DNA of 49,114 nt from Myxococcota bacterium (GCA_036339465.1 JAYZAY010000028.1:1-49114); one strand, 5' to 3'. Positions 1 through 9,752 are shown, numbered from the stretch's first letter. Numbers and translations are program-made. Notes: a model not told the origin generated them from the letters alone.

Positions 1-358
1 CTTAATTATGCTCAATGCCGAGGCGGAATCAGAGCAGATTGTCATTAGCATTCAGGACGATGGGCGAGGGATCGATCTGGGTAAGCTTTCACAAAAAGCC
101 GGCCAACTGGGTATGGAGAAAGATAAGCTCACCGATAATGAAATTGCCAATCTTATTTTCCGTTCCGGTGTCTCCACCGCCGAGGTCGTTTCTGATATTT
201 CCGGGCGGGGAGTAGGAATGGAAGCGGTGAAAAGCTTTTTGGAATCTCAAGGGGGAGGTATCAATATCGAATTGATGGATGGAAAGAGTGAAACGGGATT
301 CTGCCCTTTTAAATTCATCTTTGTGGTCCCGGTGGAAGCTGGATTTTTGAGCGCGTAA
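1..358 (+). CDS. CheA-like histidine kinase, C-terminal HATPase domain (5'-truncated by window edge)
   Basis: G1 box DDGRGID, F box IFRSGVSTA and G2 box SGRGVGM are CheA-type. The frame is open to the window start. The protein ends right after the ATPase domain, with no CheW (P5) domain. Confidence 0.85.
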   Translation, partial: LIMLNAEAESEQIVISIQDDGRGIDLGKLSQKAGQLGMEKDKLTDNEIANLIFRSGVSTAEVVSDISGRGVGMEAVKSFLESQGGGINIELMDGKSETGFCPFKFIFVVPVEAGFLSA

Positions 359-398
359 TGGAATTACGTTTTGGACTTCTGCCACGAAAGGAGCGGTA

Positions 399-2279
399 GT
401 GACACTTGAAGGAATAACCATTTGGCTGATAGGCTCTTTGGGCAGTGCATACCAGAGTCTTCGCGGCATGGTGGAAGCAGAAGGGGGAGATTTCGTTTTC
501 TGGGAAAATACAGGTGCGGCAGTATCCTTGATTGCAAGTGAAGGAAAACCACACGCGATTTTTATCGAAGACTTGGCGCCATATAATGATTTTATCACTA
601 TTGTAAAATCTGTTAAGGGCACAACAAGGCACTCAGGTATTCCTCTCATCGGGGTTTCTGATGAATACAACGCCAATATGCGCGAGGTGGGTAAGCGTGT
701 GGGGTTGACTGGTTGGATGACCACGCCTCTTGATGAAGGGCGTCTTAAAAATGTTTTGGAAGACTGCGCAACGGGGCATCTGGTGTCACGGAAGTACAAG
801 AGGGATGTTTTATTCGATGTGAAAATGGGGCGATTATGGATTTCGCGGATAAAGCAGAAAATATATATCCGCGGCATGATGAGCCAAACCTCCAACTTCG
901 CGAGGTTGGCTGAATTGATTTCCCCGGATGAGACGCATATCTATATAAATTGGAGCGGGTTACAATGCATCAACGTTGATGGGGTGAGTGCATGGTATGA
1001 CTTTAGGAAGGAGCTTCGAGACCGGGACATAGCGTTTACATTTGAAGAGGCCCCGCTAGGGCTCGTGCAGTTTTATCTTTTATTTCCGCAACTATTTGGT
1101 CCTGTTGAAATTAAGAATGTGATATTGCCTCTTTCTTCGGAACTCCGTTATGCACTTGCGCGGACGGTGCCTAACGATTCAAATAGTATTGGTCGCTTGA
1201 TGGAGGATCGGCTTCAATATGTTTTCTCGGTTAGTAGTGATTGTCGGGTGATGCCTTATCGGCCGACCATCATCTCTGAGATGCTGGAGATGACCCACCA
1301 GGGAGAGGAGTCTTCATGGGTGGGGCTGTACTTAACGTTTCTCCATTCTTCTGTCATTTATAAGTTGACCGAATTCTTTATCACCCGAGAAGCTGTTTTG
1401 GATCAGGTTTCTAGAATAGCGGCTAAGTTTTCATGCTTTCGCTCCGTAATGAAGGTGTTGAATGTGAATGTGGCTGTTAGACCACCGGGTCGAGAGCCTA
1501 TGGTTCAAATTGTCCAGAAGTGTTACGAACCGATTATAACGATTTTGGTCGCCTTAGAGCGCATTTTACACTCTTTAAGGACGAAAGCTCAGCGAGGGGC
1601 AAGTCCTGATCTATTCATAGGAAACCGAGTGAGCGAGGTTTGTAAATTACTCGATACCCCGATTTTCGAAACGGTCTTTGATGCGGTGGTAGTCGAGGAT
1701 CTTTTGGCCTTGGAGCAAAGGTACGATGCAGACCGTACCAAAGAGCGATTGGATATCCTAATCCTGGCTTGTTGTCGCGTGGCATGCACGGGTTTTAGAA
1801 TTTTGGTGTCCATTGTAAACGAATTAGGTATTCGAGTTATGGAGATGCTTCGTGTATATACGCAGTTTGACCACTTTCCACAGTTTAGGTTGGCGGTAGA
1901 GGCTGCGACATTGATTCCTGAGGAAGATGTGTTGCCTGTTCTTGAGGATTTGCGTTTTCATTCCGGTCTCGAATTGGGTCAATGCTATGCTCTTCCTGGC
2001 ATTTTGAAGGCGATTTGGGCTCAGTGCCTTGATTTTGAATCCGAGAGCACTCGACTTACTCAGATTCTCACCGCCCATGATGTCATGAGCCAGTGTTGTG
2101 AGCACCGTATTTGTGAAATCGAAGCGCTCTCTTCAGGGGGGGGCAATACCGATATTGTGGCGCTTCTAGGCGAGAATGCTGTGACGATTCTGGAAAAGCA
2201 ACTGGTAGCATGTTATTACCCCGAACTTAAGGACTGGATGGCGTCCGAGGGTGGTGTTGGGGAGTTTGAAGTTCTGTAG
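399..2279 (+). CDS. Multidomain signalling protein: degenerate receiver-like N-terminus, STAS-like middle, helical C-terminus
   Basis: 626-aa ORF with GTG start after AAGGAG. Residues ~5-120 follow the receiver pattern (KPHAIFIED, IPLIGVS, GLTGWMTTP). IYIRG...INWSGLQCINVDGVSAW resembles STAS/anti-anti-sigma domains. Confidence 0.6.
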   Translation: MTLEGITIWLIGSLGSAYQSLRGMVEAEGGDFVFWENTGAAVSLIASEGKPHAIFIEDLAPYNDFITIVKSVKGTTRHSGIPLIGVSDEYNANMREVGKRVGLTGWMTTPLDEGRLKNVLEDCATGHLVSRKYKRDVLFDVKMGRLWISRIKQKIYIRGMMSQTSNFARLAELISPDETHIYINWSGLQCINVDGVSAWYDFRKELRDRDIAFTFEEAPLGLVQFYLLFPQLFGPVEIKNVILPLSSELRYALARTVPNDSNSIGRLMEDRLQYVFSVSSDCRVMPYRPTIISEMLEMTHQGEESSWVGLYLTFLHSSVIYKLTEFFITREAVLDQVSRIAAKFSCFRSVMKVLNVNVAVRPPGREPMVQIVQKCYEPIITILVALERILHSLRTKAQRGASPDLFIGNRVSEVCKLLDTPIFETVFDAVVVEDLLALEQRYDADRTKERLDILILACCRVACTGFRILVSIVNELGIRVMEMLRVYTQFDHFPQFRLAVEAATLIPEEDVLPVLEDLRFHSGLELGQCYALPGILKAIWAQCLDFESESTRLTQILTAHDVMSQCCEHRICEIEALSSGGGNTDIVALLGENAVTILEKQLVACYYPELKDWMASEGGVGEFEVL

Positions 2280-2424
2280 CGAGTGCTGAGGGAAACGCTT
2301 GGGTTCAATGGGTTACTACATCGATCCTGCATTCTCTTAGTTCGCGCCCGATTTCTCTTTTAGGGAGCGTCGGCTTTGCGGTGATTGGATTTCCTCTTTT
2401 ACCATTTTCAGATGTACCAGGCTA

Positions 2425-3804
2425 TTATGAATATCGGCCCAATTCAGTCCTGAGGGCTTCCTCAATCTGGTTGTGCTGAAAATGGAATCCATGGTCGAGT
2501 AGTTTTGTTGGAGCGGCGTGGATACTTGAGAGAAGGAGTTTTTCACCCATCTCTCCAAAAAGTGTTTTAACCACGATTTTTGGGAGTGGTAGGGTGGTGG
2601 GCCTTTTTAGGATCCGTCCTAGGGTTTTTGTGAATTCTTTATTTGATACAGGGCTGGGAGCTACGATGTTAATGGCGCCGTCGAGGTCTTGTTCTTGGAG
2701 AATATAATGGAGGGCTCCGATGGTATCGTCTAGGGATACCCAACTCATGGTTTGTTGTCCGGTGCCTATTTTTCCGGCCACACCGGATAAGAAGGGCAGC
2801 AACATTCTTTTGAGCATGCCGCCTTTGGGGGATAATAATGTTCCGAATCTGGGATTTATAACCCGGGTCTTTTCGGTGCCCGCTTTTTGGGACGTTTTTT
2901 CCCAGTCTTGGCATAAATTGGCAAGGAAGTCATCGCCGCCTGGGGCGTCTTCTTCACAGCACTGTTGTGGGTTGCTGCCCTAGTAACCGATGGCGGAGGC
3001 GACCATAAATATTTTCGGGGGCGACTTGAGGATGTGGATTGTGTCGGCGAGGAGTTGAGTACTTTGGATGCGACTTGTTCGTATTTTCTCTTTTTCAGCG
3101 GGTGTCCATCTTCCTGCGGCGATGTTGTGTCCCCCAAGGTGAATGATGGCATCTAGGTTTTCCAATCTATCGGACTCAATAATTCCCTCACTAGGATCCC
3201 AGAAGATTGAGTTCGTGTCAGTTTGAGTGGGGTTTCGCAGGAGTTTGTAGACTGAATGGCCACCGGTGCTCAAGAAATCAAAGAGTGCGCCTCCTACAAG
3301 TCCATTTGTTCCGGTAATGGCGACCTTGAGTTTCGGCTGGGTGGTGTAGGCCTGATGACGGCCCATATCGCTCTGGAGTTGCTTATGGCGATGGTGGAAG
3401 AGTAAGTCGAGACGCCGTTTCAGGAAAGGGCCGAGCACGGGTTCTGAAAGAAAGGAAAACGGTAGACTGCAGATGACTTTATCCACGATTTCGGAGTGGT
3501 TGGAACCACGGGGGATAAAGTGGTGTTCATGTTTCCAGGATTTAAAGGGGCCTTTGGTTTGGGTGTCCACGAAGAGAACATTTTCCGCATAGTTTGAATG
3601 ATTGGTATGCCATTGGAGCATGAAGGGGCCTATCTGAATTCCAAAAACCAGTGAATCGTCATTGTGAATGGTGCCGGATTGCTTCAAAAGTACCAGTTTG
3701 GGCCAGGGGGGGGTGAGACGGCCGAAGGCACCTGGTCTTTTGTGCCAGGAAAAAACTTGGGGGGCGCCCGCTTGAAGTGGGCAGCGGCGTTCATAGGTTA
3801 CCAT
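2425..3804 (-). pseudogene. SRPBCC domain fused to TIGR01777 family NAD-dependent epimerase, interrupted by a single in-frame TAG
   Basis: ORFs 2980..3804 and 2425..2817 are in the same frame. Reading through the TAG at 2980-2982 gives ASAIGY*GSNPQQCCEEDAPGGDDFLANLCQDWEK...RFGTLLSPKGGMLKRML, the expected continuous family sequence. Also present: Rossmann motif ITGTNGLVG and SRPBCC motif GPFKSWKHEHHF. Confidence 0.85.
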
Positions 3805-4003
3805 ACAGGACTAATCTAATCTTCTTTGGGGTTAAGTTGAAGAAAAGTAACGTTCTTTTTCGCGTATTTGTAGTCCGTGGTTTGAATGGGAGGTCTTATG
3901 AGGTGCGCAACTATATTTGCTTCAAGTTTGGTGCTGGTTTTTGTATGGTGCACGGAAACGCCCATGGCTGGTTGAAGCAATTCCTATGGGCGTGAAAGGT
4001 TGG

Positions 4004-5272
4004 ATGAATATGAGGCGCGTTGTTGTGACCGGCATCGGACTGGTGACTCCGCTTGGGTGTGGGGTTGACGCTTCATGGAGGCGGTTGATTGAGGGCGAGA
4101 GCGGGATTTTGGAACTCAGCGGTATAGACACAGGAGATACGGGTGTCGCAATTGGCGCGCAAGTACCCGGCCCAGAGGACTCTGAAGCCGGTTTTCGCGT
4201 TGATGATTGGGTGACGGTTAAAGAAAAACGCCGGTATTGTCGTTTTGTTCACTTGGTGGCTGCTGCGGCGGATGAGGCATTGACAGATGCTGCTTGGAAG
4301 CCAACATCCCGGGATGCATTGGAGGGCACAGGGGTGTTGGTAGGGTCGGGGATTGGTGGTTTGGGCAGAATCACCCAAGAGACGGAGAAGGCTTATTCGA
4401 GCAGCCTTAGGAGAATGAGTCCCTTTATGATTACGGGGGCATTGATCAACATGGCGTCGGGGTTTGTGTCAATTCGCTATGGGTTTCAGGGGCCAAACCT
4501 GAGTGTGGTCACGGCCTGTGCCTCGGGGACCCATGCCATTGGGGATGCTGCCCGCTTTATTGCTTTCGGGGATGCAGAGGTCATGGTGGCGGGGGGATCT
4601 GAAGCGGCGATGAACAGTTATGGGATTGGAGCTTTCGCAAGTGCGAGGGCCTTGTCTAAGAAATTCAATGATGAACCGCAGGCTGCTTCGAGACCGTGGG
4701 ATCGCCAACGCGATGGTTTTGTAATGGGAGAGGGGGCGGGGGTTTTGATTCTCGAGGAATTGGAGCACGCTTTGAATCGAGGGGCTTCTATTTATGGGGA
4801 GGTTGTGGGCTACGGTGTTTCGGGGGATGCCCACCATGTGACGGCACCGGCGGAGAATGGCCGTGGGGCTTTACTGGCGATGAAACGGGCTCTTCAGCGC
4901 AGTGAATTGGCGCCGGAGGCAATCGATTATATCAATGCTCATGGGACTTCGACTCAGGTGGGTGATTTGGCCGAAGTTCGTGCTATCAAGAAAGTTTGGG
5001 GGCGGCTGTCGCCACCTCCGGTGTCTTCGACCAAGTCTTCCATTGGGCATCTTCTGGGGGCGGCGGGCAGTGTGGAGGCAATCTTTTCACTTTTATCAAT
5101 GCGGGATCAGATACTACCTCCAACGTTGAATTTGGATAACCCGTCGGAGGAGTGTGATCTCGATTTTGTGCCCCATTGTGCTCGAGCTGGTCAAATTCGG
5201 CACGTTATGAGTAATTCTTTCGGTTTTGGGGGCACCAATGCTTCATTGATTTTCTCGGCTTTCTCACCCTAA
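4004..5272 (+). CDS. fabF: Beta-ketoacyl-ACP synthase II
   Basis: RRVVVTGIGLVTPLG, catalytic TACASG, YINAHGTST, KSSIGHLLGAAG, SNSFGFGGTN. Start is ATG 4004 or 4010 rather than the track's 3917. Confidence 0.95.
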   Translation: MNMRRVVVTGIGLVTPLGCGVDASWRRLIEGESGILELSGIDTGDTGVAIGAQVPGPEDSEAGFRVDDWVTVKEKRRYCRFVHLVAAAADEALTDAAWKPTSRDALEGTGVLVGSGIGGLGRITQETEKAYSSSLRRMSPFMITGALINMASGFVSIRYGFQGPNLSVVTACASGTHAIGDAARFIAFGDAEVMVAGGSEAAMNSYGIGAFASARALSKKFNDEPQAASRPWDRQRDGFVMGEGAGVLILEELEHALNRGASIYGEVVGYGVSGDAHHVTAPAENGRGALLAMKRALQRSELAPEAIDYINAHGTSTQVGDLAEVRAIKKVWGRLSPPPVSSTKSSIGHLLGAAGSVEAIFSLLSMRDQILPPTLNLDNPSEECDLDFVPHCARAGQIRHVMSNSFGFGGTNASLIFSAFSP

Positions 5273-5545
5273 ATTCAGGGGTGATGTTTTTTCGGGAGGT
5301 GGTTGATGTTCAAAAGAAATGTGACGTTCGAAGAGCTGCGTCCTATCTCACCTTTTTCGGAAAGTGTCGTTGGCGAGGGGGCAGGATGCTTACGACCTAC
5401 CCATTTATGGGCGCATCATTTGAATTCTATCAACAAGTTATTGGTTTCCCTATAAAGCCGCGCCTGTGTTTCTTACTCCGGGCATTGTCTGAGGTGCGCG
5501 CGGGTTGTGGATGATGAAACAATTATGGTGGGGGAGGTCATGAAT

Positions 5546-6412
5546 CTAAATGCCGTCTGCTACTATCGGGCTATGGATGGAGGATAGGGATCGAAGAGCT
5601 TCCCTAGGATTTAACTGGTTTTTAGGGCCCATGGAAACACTTAGGGCCGATTCCTCAGGTGGGCAAGAGTGGATCGGTGTGTTTGTGGAAGTTTGTCGGT
5701 TGGGGTTGTAACGGATGGTTTTGGGAATGAATTGTATGCAACTGTTGCCGGCACATACGAATTGGCAGGGCGAATAAGTCGAGGTATGCTTCCTGAATTG
5801 AACCTCACCGGTCTGGGTGCTGACGTGGGTGTCATAGATCCTCATTTGACCAGGTGGCGTCGCATTGGATCGCACATTGGTGATGATGATTCTGGGCACG
5901 CCCTTAGCCCACATTCCCAAACCATGGGATTTTGCAAAATTTTGGGTCTGCAAGTCTGTGGGGTCGCGGCTGTCGCCCATAGCGAACACATGGGCAAGTC
6001 CAGACCGCAGTAGGGAGTGGCGTAGCTGAGGGCAATCTATCTTAATGCGTCGGTAACCGCCTGAGCCTGGCAAGGTTGTACAATGCCAAGTTCCGCTCTT
6101 TGCTCGGGAGGTAGCTTGGCTGGCGATGTCCATGAGTTGGTGGGGGGTCCAAGTGCCCCATTTGTGGATGGGGGCGTAGGATTCGAGGGTATTGAAGCCC
6201 GCCAATCTTGCCGTTATTTTTTTGCTGTCGTTTAGTTGGAGTCTTACGGTGTCCCCATCTAGCCAAAAAGAGGAAAGACCTTTTCCATCCAGTATGATGC
6301 CGGGTTCTTCGGTTGGGAGTCCTTTCGTGGGGCCCATGGAGGCCGTGGAACAGGCCATAGCACCGGTTATGAGGTAACCTATACAGAGAATTTTAGAGTT
6401 TGTTTTTGTCAT
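5546..6412 (-). CDS. Thermonuclease (SNase)-like exported/lipoprotein nuclease
   Basis: DGDTV...ARLAGFNTLES...LLRSGLAHV...AKSHGLGMW match the SNase pattern. Start at ATG 6412 gives a signal-like N-terminus ending GAMAC. Confidence 0.65.
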   Translation of the reverse strand: MTKTNSKILCIGYLITGAMACSTASMGPTKGLPTEEPGIILDGKGLSSFWLDGDTVRLQLNDSKKITARLAGFNTLESYAPIHKWGTWTPHQLMDIASQATSRAKSGTWHCTTLPGSGGYRRIKIDCPQLRHSLLRSGLAHVFAMGDSRDPTDLQTQNFAKSHGLGMWAKGVPRIIITNVRSNATPPGQMRIYDTHVSTQTGEVQFRKHTSTYSPCQFVCAGNSCIQFIPKTIRYNPNRQTSTNTPIHSCPPEESALSVSMGPKNQLNPREALRSLSSIHSPIVADGI

Positions 6413-6531
6413 TGTTGATGCCTTTGTGGGGCATCTATCATTTTCTTGGCGACTGTGGCAAAACGACGTCACGAAAGGACGAACGCCGGCACAAAAAGAT
6501 GAGGCAGCACGGCATGCTTTGATGGAGGTCG

Positions 6532-7008
6532 ATGATGACAAATGAATTATTGGAATTTGAGATCAGAGAAGGAACCCACGAGGACGAAGATATTGTGGTG
6601 CAATTCAATGGGGCGTTGGCATTGGAATCCGAAGGTATTCAGTTGAATGAAGCTCGGTTGAGGGCGGGGGTGCGGACTGGGCTGAGTGGCGATGCTGGTT
6701 GTCGATATTTCATTGCTCGCCACCGAGGGGAAGCCATTGGGCAGTTGATGTATACGCGGGAATGGAGCGACTGGCGAAATGGATTTTTTTGGTGGATTCA
6801 AAGCGTTTACGTGATGCCTAACTATCGCCAGAAAAAAGTTTTTTCTCGTCTTTACCGTTACTTAAATGAAGAAGCCCGAATCAGTGGCAATGTTTGTGGT
6901 TTGAGACTCTATGTAGAAAAAGGGAATGAAAAGGCCATTGCCACCTATGTAAGGATGGGCATGCATGAAGCCCACTACCGGCTTTTTGAAACCGAGCTTG
7001 ATGGTTGA
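6532..7008 (+). CDS. GNAT family N-acetyltransferase
   Basis: EWSDWRNGFFWWIQSVYVMPNYRQKKV and GLRLYVEKGNEKAIATY. GGAGG Shine-Dalgarno upstream. Confidence 0.9.
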   Translation: MMTNELLEFEIREGTHEDEDIVVQFNGALALESEGIQLNEARLRAGVRTGLSGDAGCRYFIARHRGEAIGQLMYTREWSDWRNGFFWWIQSVYVMPNYRQKKVFSRLYRYLNEEARISGNVCGLRLYVEKGNEKAIATYVRMGMHEAHYRLFETELDG

Positions 7009-7263
7009 TGAGTGCCTGTCCTTCCACGAATGAAGCGGTTGGGCCCTTGAACTTTTGAAGTTGATGCTATTGTTTTTTAGTTGTTCAAGGCGCCGGAGAT
7101 GCGTTCCCTGTCGGTTTTTCCCCTAAGGTCAATGACCGCTCCCCCACGTGTGTGTGGGTGGGCACCGACGACAAGTCAAGAGGGGTGGCGGGGCGGGTGC
7201 CGAAGATTTGGCTTTTCTTGAAAAAAGGATTGCGCGCCCCGCAAAGAGATTTAGTTTACTTCC

Positions 7264-7710
7264 CTAGGGTGGACCCTCATCAACGACCCTTATCTTGGCG
7301 GTGATTAGACCATAAAAAGAGGTTGGTTGGGTGTCGGTGGTTGTTTCGAAGCGCCATCCAAGATGTTCTTGGCAGTTTCGGCAGATTGAATACCTCCAGC
7401 CGTATGAGGGAAACCACGAAAACTCGTGGGAGATTTCAAGGGATTCTTCAGTATTGAGGGGAACTGACGCTGTGGATACCTGAAAGAGAATGCCATGTGG
7501 ATTTGAAAAGGTTCTTTCTGCTTTGTCACTGTGGATTGGTTTTAGTTGGAATGCCTCTCCGAGCTTGTGGCCGCATTTTGAACATCGGAGCCCCCCCCGT
7601 CGGTGGGTGCTATCTAAGGCCGTTTCTTTTTTGTGGACCTTTTTACCCGTCGGTGGGTTGGATTGGGCGGTTTTCACTCGAAGAGTTGAATAGAATCTAT
7701 TTGAAGGCAT
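7264..7710 (-). CDS. Cereblon family (CULT / thalidomide-binding domain) protein
   Basis: Two CxxC pairs (CSKC, CRNC), NPHG, SWFPSYGW, HLGWRF and FYGLI. Start is uncertain (ATG 7710 or 7755). The track's extension to 7998 is the tail of the upstream pseudogene. Confidence 0.85.
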   Translation of the reverse strand: MPSNRFYSTLRVKTAQSNPPTGKKVHKKETALDSTHRRGGLRCSKCGHKLGEAFQLKPIHSDKAERTFSNPHGILFQVSTASVPLNTEESLEISHEFSWFPSYGWRYSICRNCQEHLGWRFETTTDTQPTSFYGLITAKIRVVDEGPP

Positions 7711-7755
7711 GGTTGATAGGGGCGTGGCGTGTGGTGTTTGATTAAAAATATTCAT

Positions 7756-8900
7756 CACATAGACTCTCGTTACGTCGGGGGTGGCTTCGAAGCCAACGTT
7801 GGCACCGCGCTTTTGGATTCGAAACCCAAACTCGGATTTTGGGTGGTCCCAAGCCTTTCCGGATATGTCAGCGCTCTGGCTTTTACCCAGGGTTAATCCT
7901 ATGAAGCCAAGTACAGAGTCTAGTTTAAGTGTCGCCGCTGAATCCACGTTTTTTTTGAAGAAGTCTGAAAGATCCCTGCGTGTTGTTTTTGATACCAAAT
8001 TGCGAAACTACAGGATTGTGTAGCGGCTTTTCGCTGAGAATTGGTCGAGGGTAAATCGCACAACTGTATCGATGGATAATCTGTTACGGGTGGCTTTACC
8101 AATGGCGATGTAAAGTAGAAACGCGGCGGCAGCACCGTTGTGGTAGTCTCTGACTGCGCTGTTACGGGAATTCTCGTCGCGACGGTCGTGTTTAATTCAG
8201 GCGTCGAAGGATGATTGGGATAGGGGTTGTGTCAGATGGCCGGGCGGGGTTTGAGCGGGCTCTCGATGTTAGTGAGGAGTTTGTAGTCTACTTGTTTCGT
8301 GATGATGCCGGTCCGCAGCAAGAGCAGAGCATCATACTATGAGGTGAAACCCTCCGCGAACCAGAGATCGCGTGTATCATTTTCGTTGTCATAGTCGGAC
8401 GGTCTTAGGGCTACGGGACGAAGTGGTTTGCCGTTGCTGGTGTGAAAGAACTCATGACTGAGGAGTCCCAGCTAATCATGATATTTGGCTTTGCTCCGGG
8501 GCGTATGGATTTCGGAAATCATGAGGGTAGCATTCTTGTATTCAAGGCCGCCACGCCTCGGGCCGATGAGGTTCAGAAAAATATCGTGCTCGTAGGGAAC
8601 TGTTTCCAAAAAGTCGACCGTAGTTTTAACAATTGCAGTGATGTCATTTTGCATAAACTCTGTGAGCCGGGCATCATCACCGCTGAGTATAGCAACCCTA
8701 TAGCGTGTTTTGCCGCCCTAATTTCATGAATGGTGGGTTTGTCAAAGAGAATGGGCGGTTGTAGAAGTTTGTCGTAGGTGTGTGCTTGAAGGGAACACAA
8801 AGGGGGCGGTTTGGGTGGTTTTATGGAGTTCGGTGATACTGGTGTCCCTGTTTTTTGGAAGGTCCAATGATAACGGTCTTGTTTTTGGCTGTCCAAGCTT
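7756..8900 (-). pseudogene. Degraded M61 family glycyl aminopeptidase
   Basis: Colinear fragments across frames: YDKLLQPPI; GGLEYKNAT; *LGLLSHEFFH (HExxH at 8442-8456); RP...DYDNENDTRDLWFAEGFTS*YD; SSFDA*IK...DENSRNS; DLSDFFKKNVD. Stops at 8472-8474, 8337-8339, 8197-8199 and 8008-8010, plus frameshifts. Boundaries are approximate. Confidence 0.85.
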
Positions 8901-9159
8901 TGTTGGTGATGAAAGTGGCAGCGCCAAGGTGATGAACATTAGACCGAAGGCGAACAAGAGCGTGGACAGGGAGTTTGGGTCTCTCCATGGGGCCCTATCT
9001 AGCAGAGCCACTTTGGAATCCCAGTGTTTGATTGAGGCTAAATGTGCCGGAGGTGCTTCTTAAATTTGGAGCCAGGGTGGTCTTAGGGCGCGGAATTTGG
9101 GATTAGGGCCTTTCTTCTCCGGGGACCAAATGTTAGGCGGCTGACCATGTTGGAGTGCA

Positions 9160-9735
9160 ATGTTACGGCTTAAGTGCGAAACACCTGCGGAATGGGTTCG
9201 ATTGGTTGATGACCAACTGGAGTCTTTTTTGCGGGACCATGCCCATAATGAGCGCAAGGTTGCTGGGAGTGCCATGACGCTTTTGGCCCACCATCCAAAT
9301 CGACCGGAGCTTGTGGAGGCCATGACCGACCTTGCGCGGGAAGAGTTGAGTCATTTTCGGGCGGTCTTTGAAAAACTTCAGTCGAAGGGATGGGCTTTGG
9401 GGTTTGACGATAAAGATACCTATATGGCCAAGATGGCCCATGCCCTGCGCCGCAAAGATACGGACCTCTATCTACTGGATAGGCTGCTTCTTTTTGCGGT
9501 GATCGAGGCTCGAGGCTGTGAGCGATTTAAGCTGCTCGGTGACCGACTGGGTGACCTGGAGATGCGCAACTTTTATGCCGCACTTGCCCGAGCAGAGGCG
9601 AGGCATCACGCCCTCTTTTTACGCTTAGCTCGGTTGTATTTTCCGCTGGAAATGGTCCAAGAACGTTTGGATGGATTGTTGGAGCATGAGGCTTCGGTCT
9701 TTAGTGATTTACCCCTTCGCCCTGCATTACACTGA
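9160..9735 (+). CDS. miaE: tRNA-(ms2io6A37) hydroxylase, di-iron
   Basis: DHAHNERK, LAREELSHF, VIEARGCERF and AEARHH di-iron ligand motifs. Confidence 0.9.
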   Translation: MLRLKCETPAEWVRLVDDQLESFLRDHAHNERKVAGSAMTLLAHHPNRPELVEAMTDLAREELSHFRAVFEKLQSKGWALGFDDKDTYMAKMAHALRRKDTDLYLLDRLLLFAVIEARGCERFKLLGDRLGDLEMRNFYAALARAEARHHALFLRLARLYFPLEMVQERLDGLLEHEASVFSDLPLRPALH

Positions 9736-9752
9736 AGAAAATAGGGCTGTTG

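Noticed and set aside
7136..7166. CRISPR-repeat-like palindrome (CCCCCACGTGTGTGTGGG)
   Set aside because: Single copy, no spacers, no cas genes.
2980..8474. TAG reassignment (alternative genetic code or pyrrolysine) suggested by in-frame ambers in the TIGR01777 and M61 genes
   Set aside because: TAG ends full-length genes at normal positions (rpmF, ppa, mrp, HNH), and the M61 remnant also has TGA stops and frameshifts. Decay or error explains this better.
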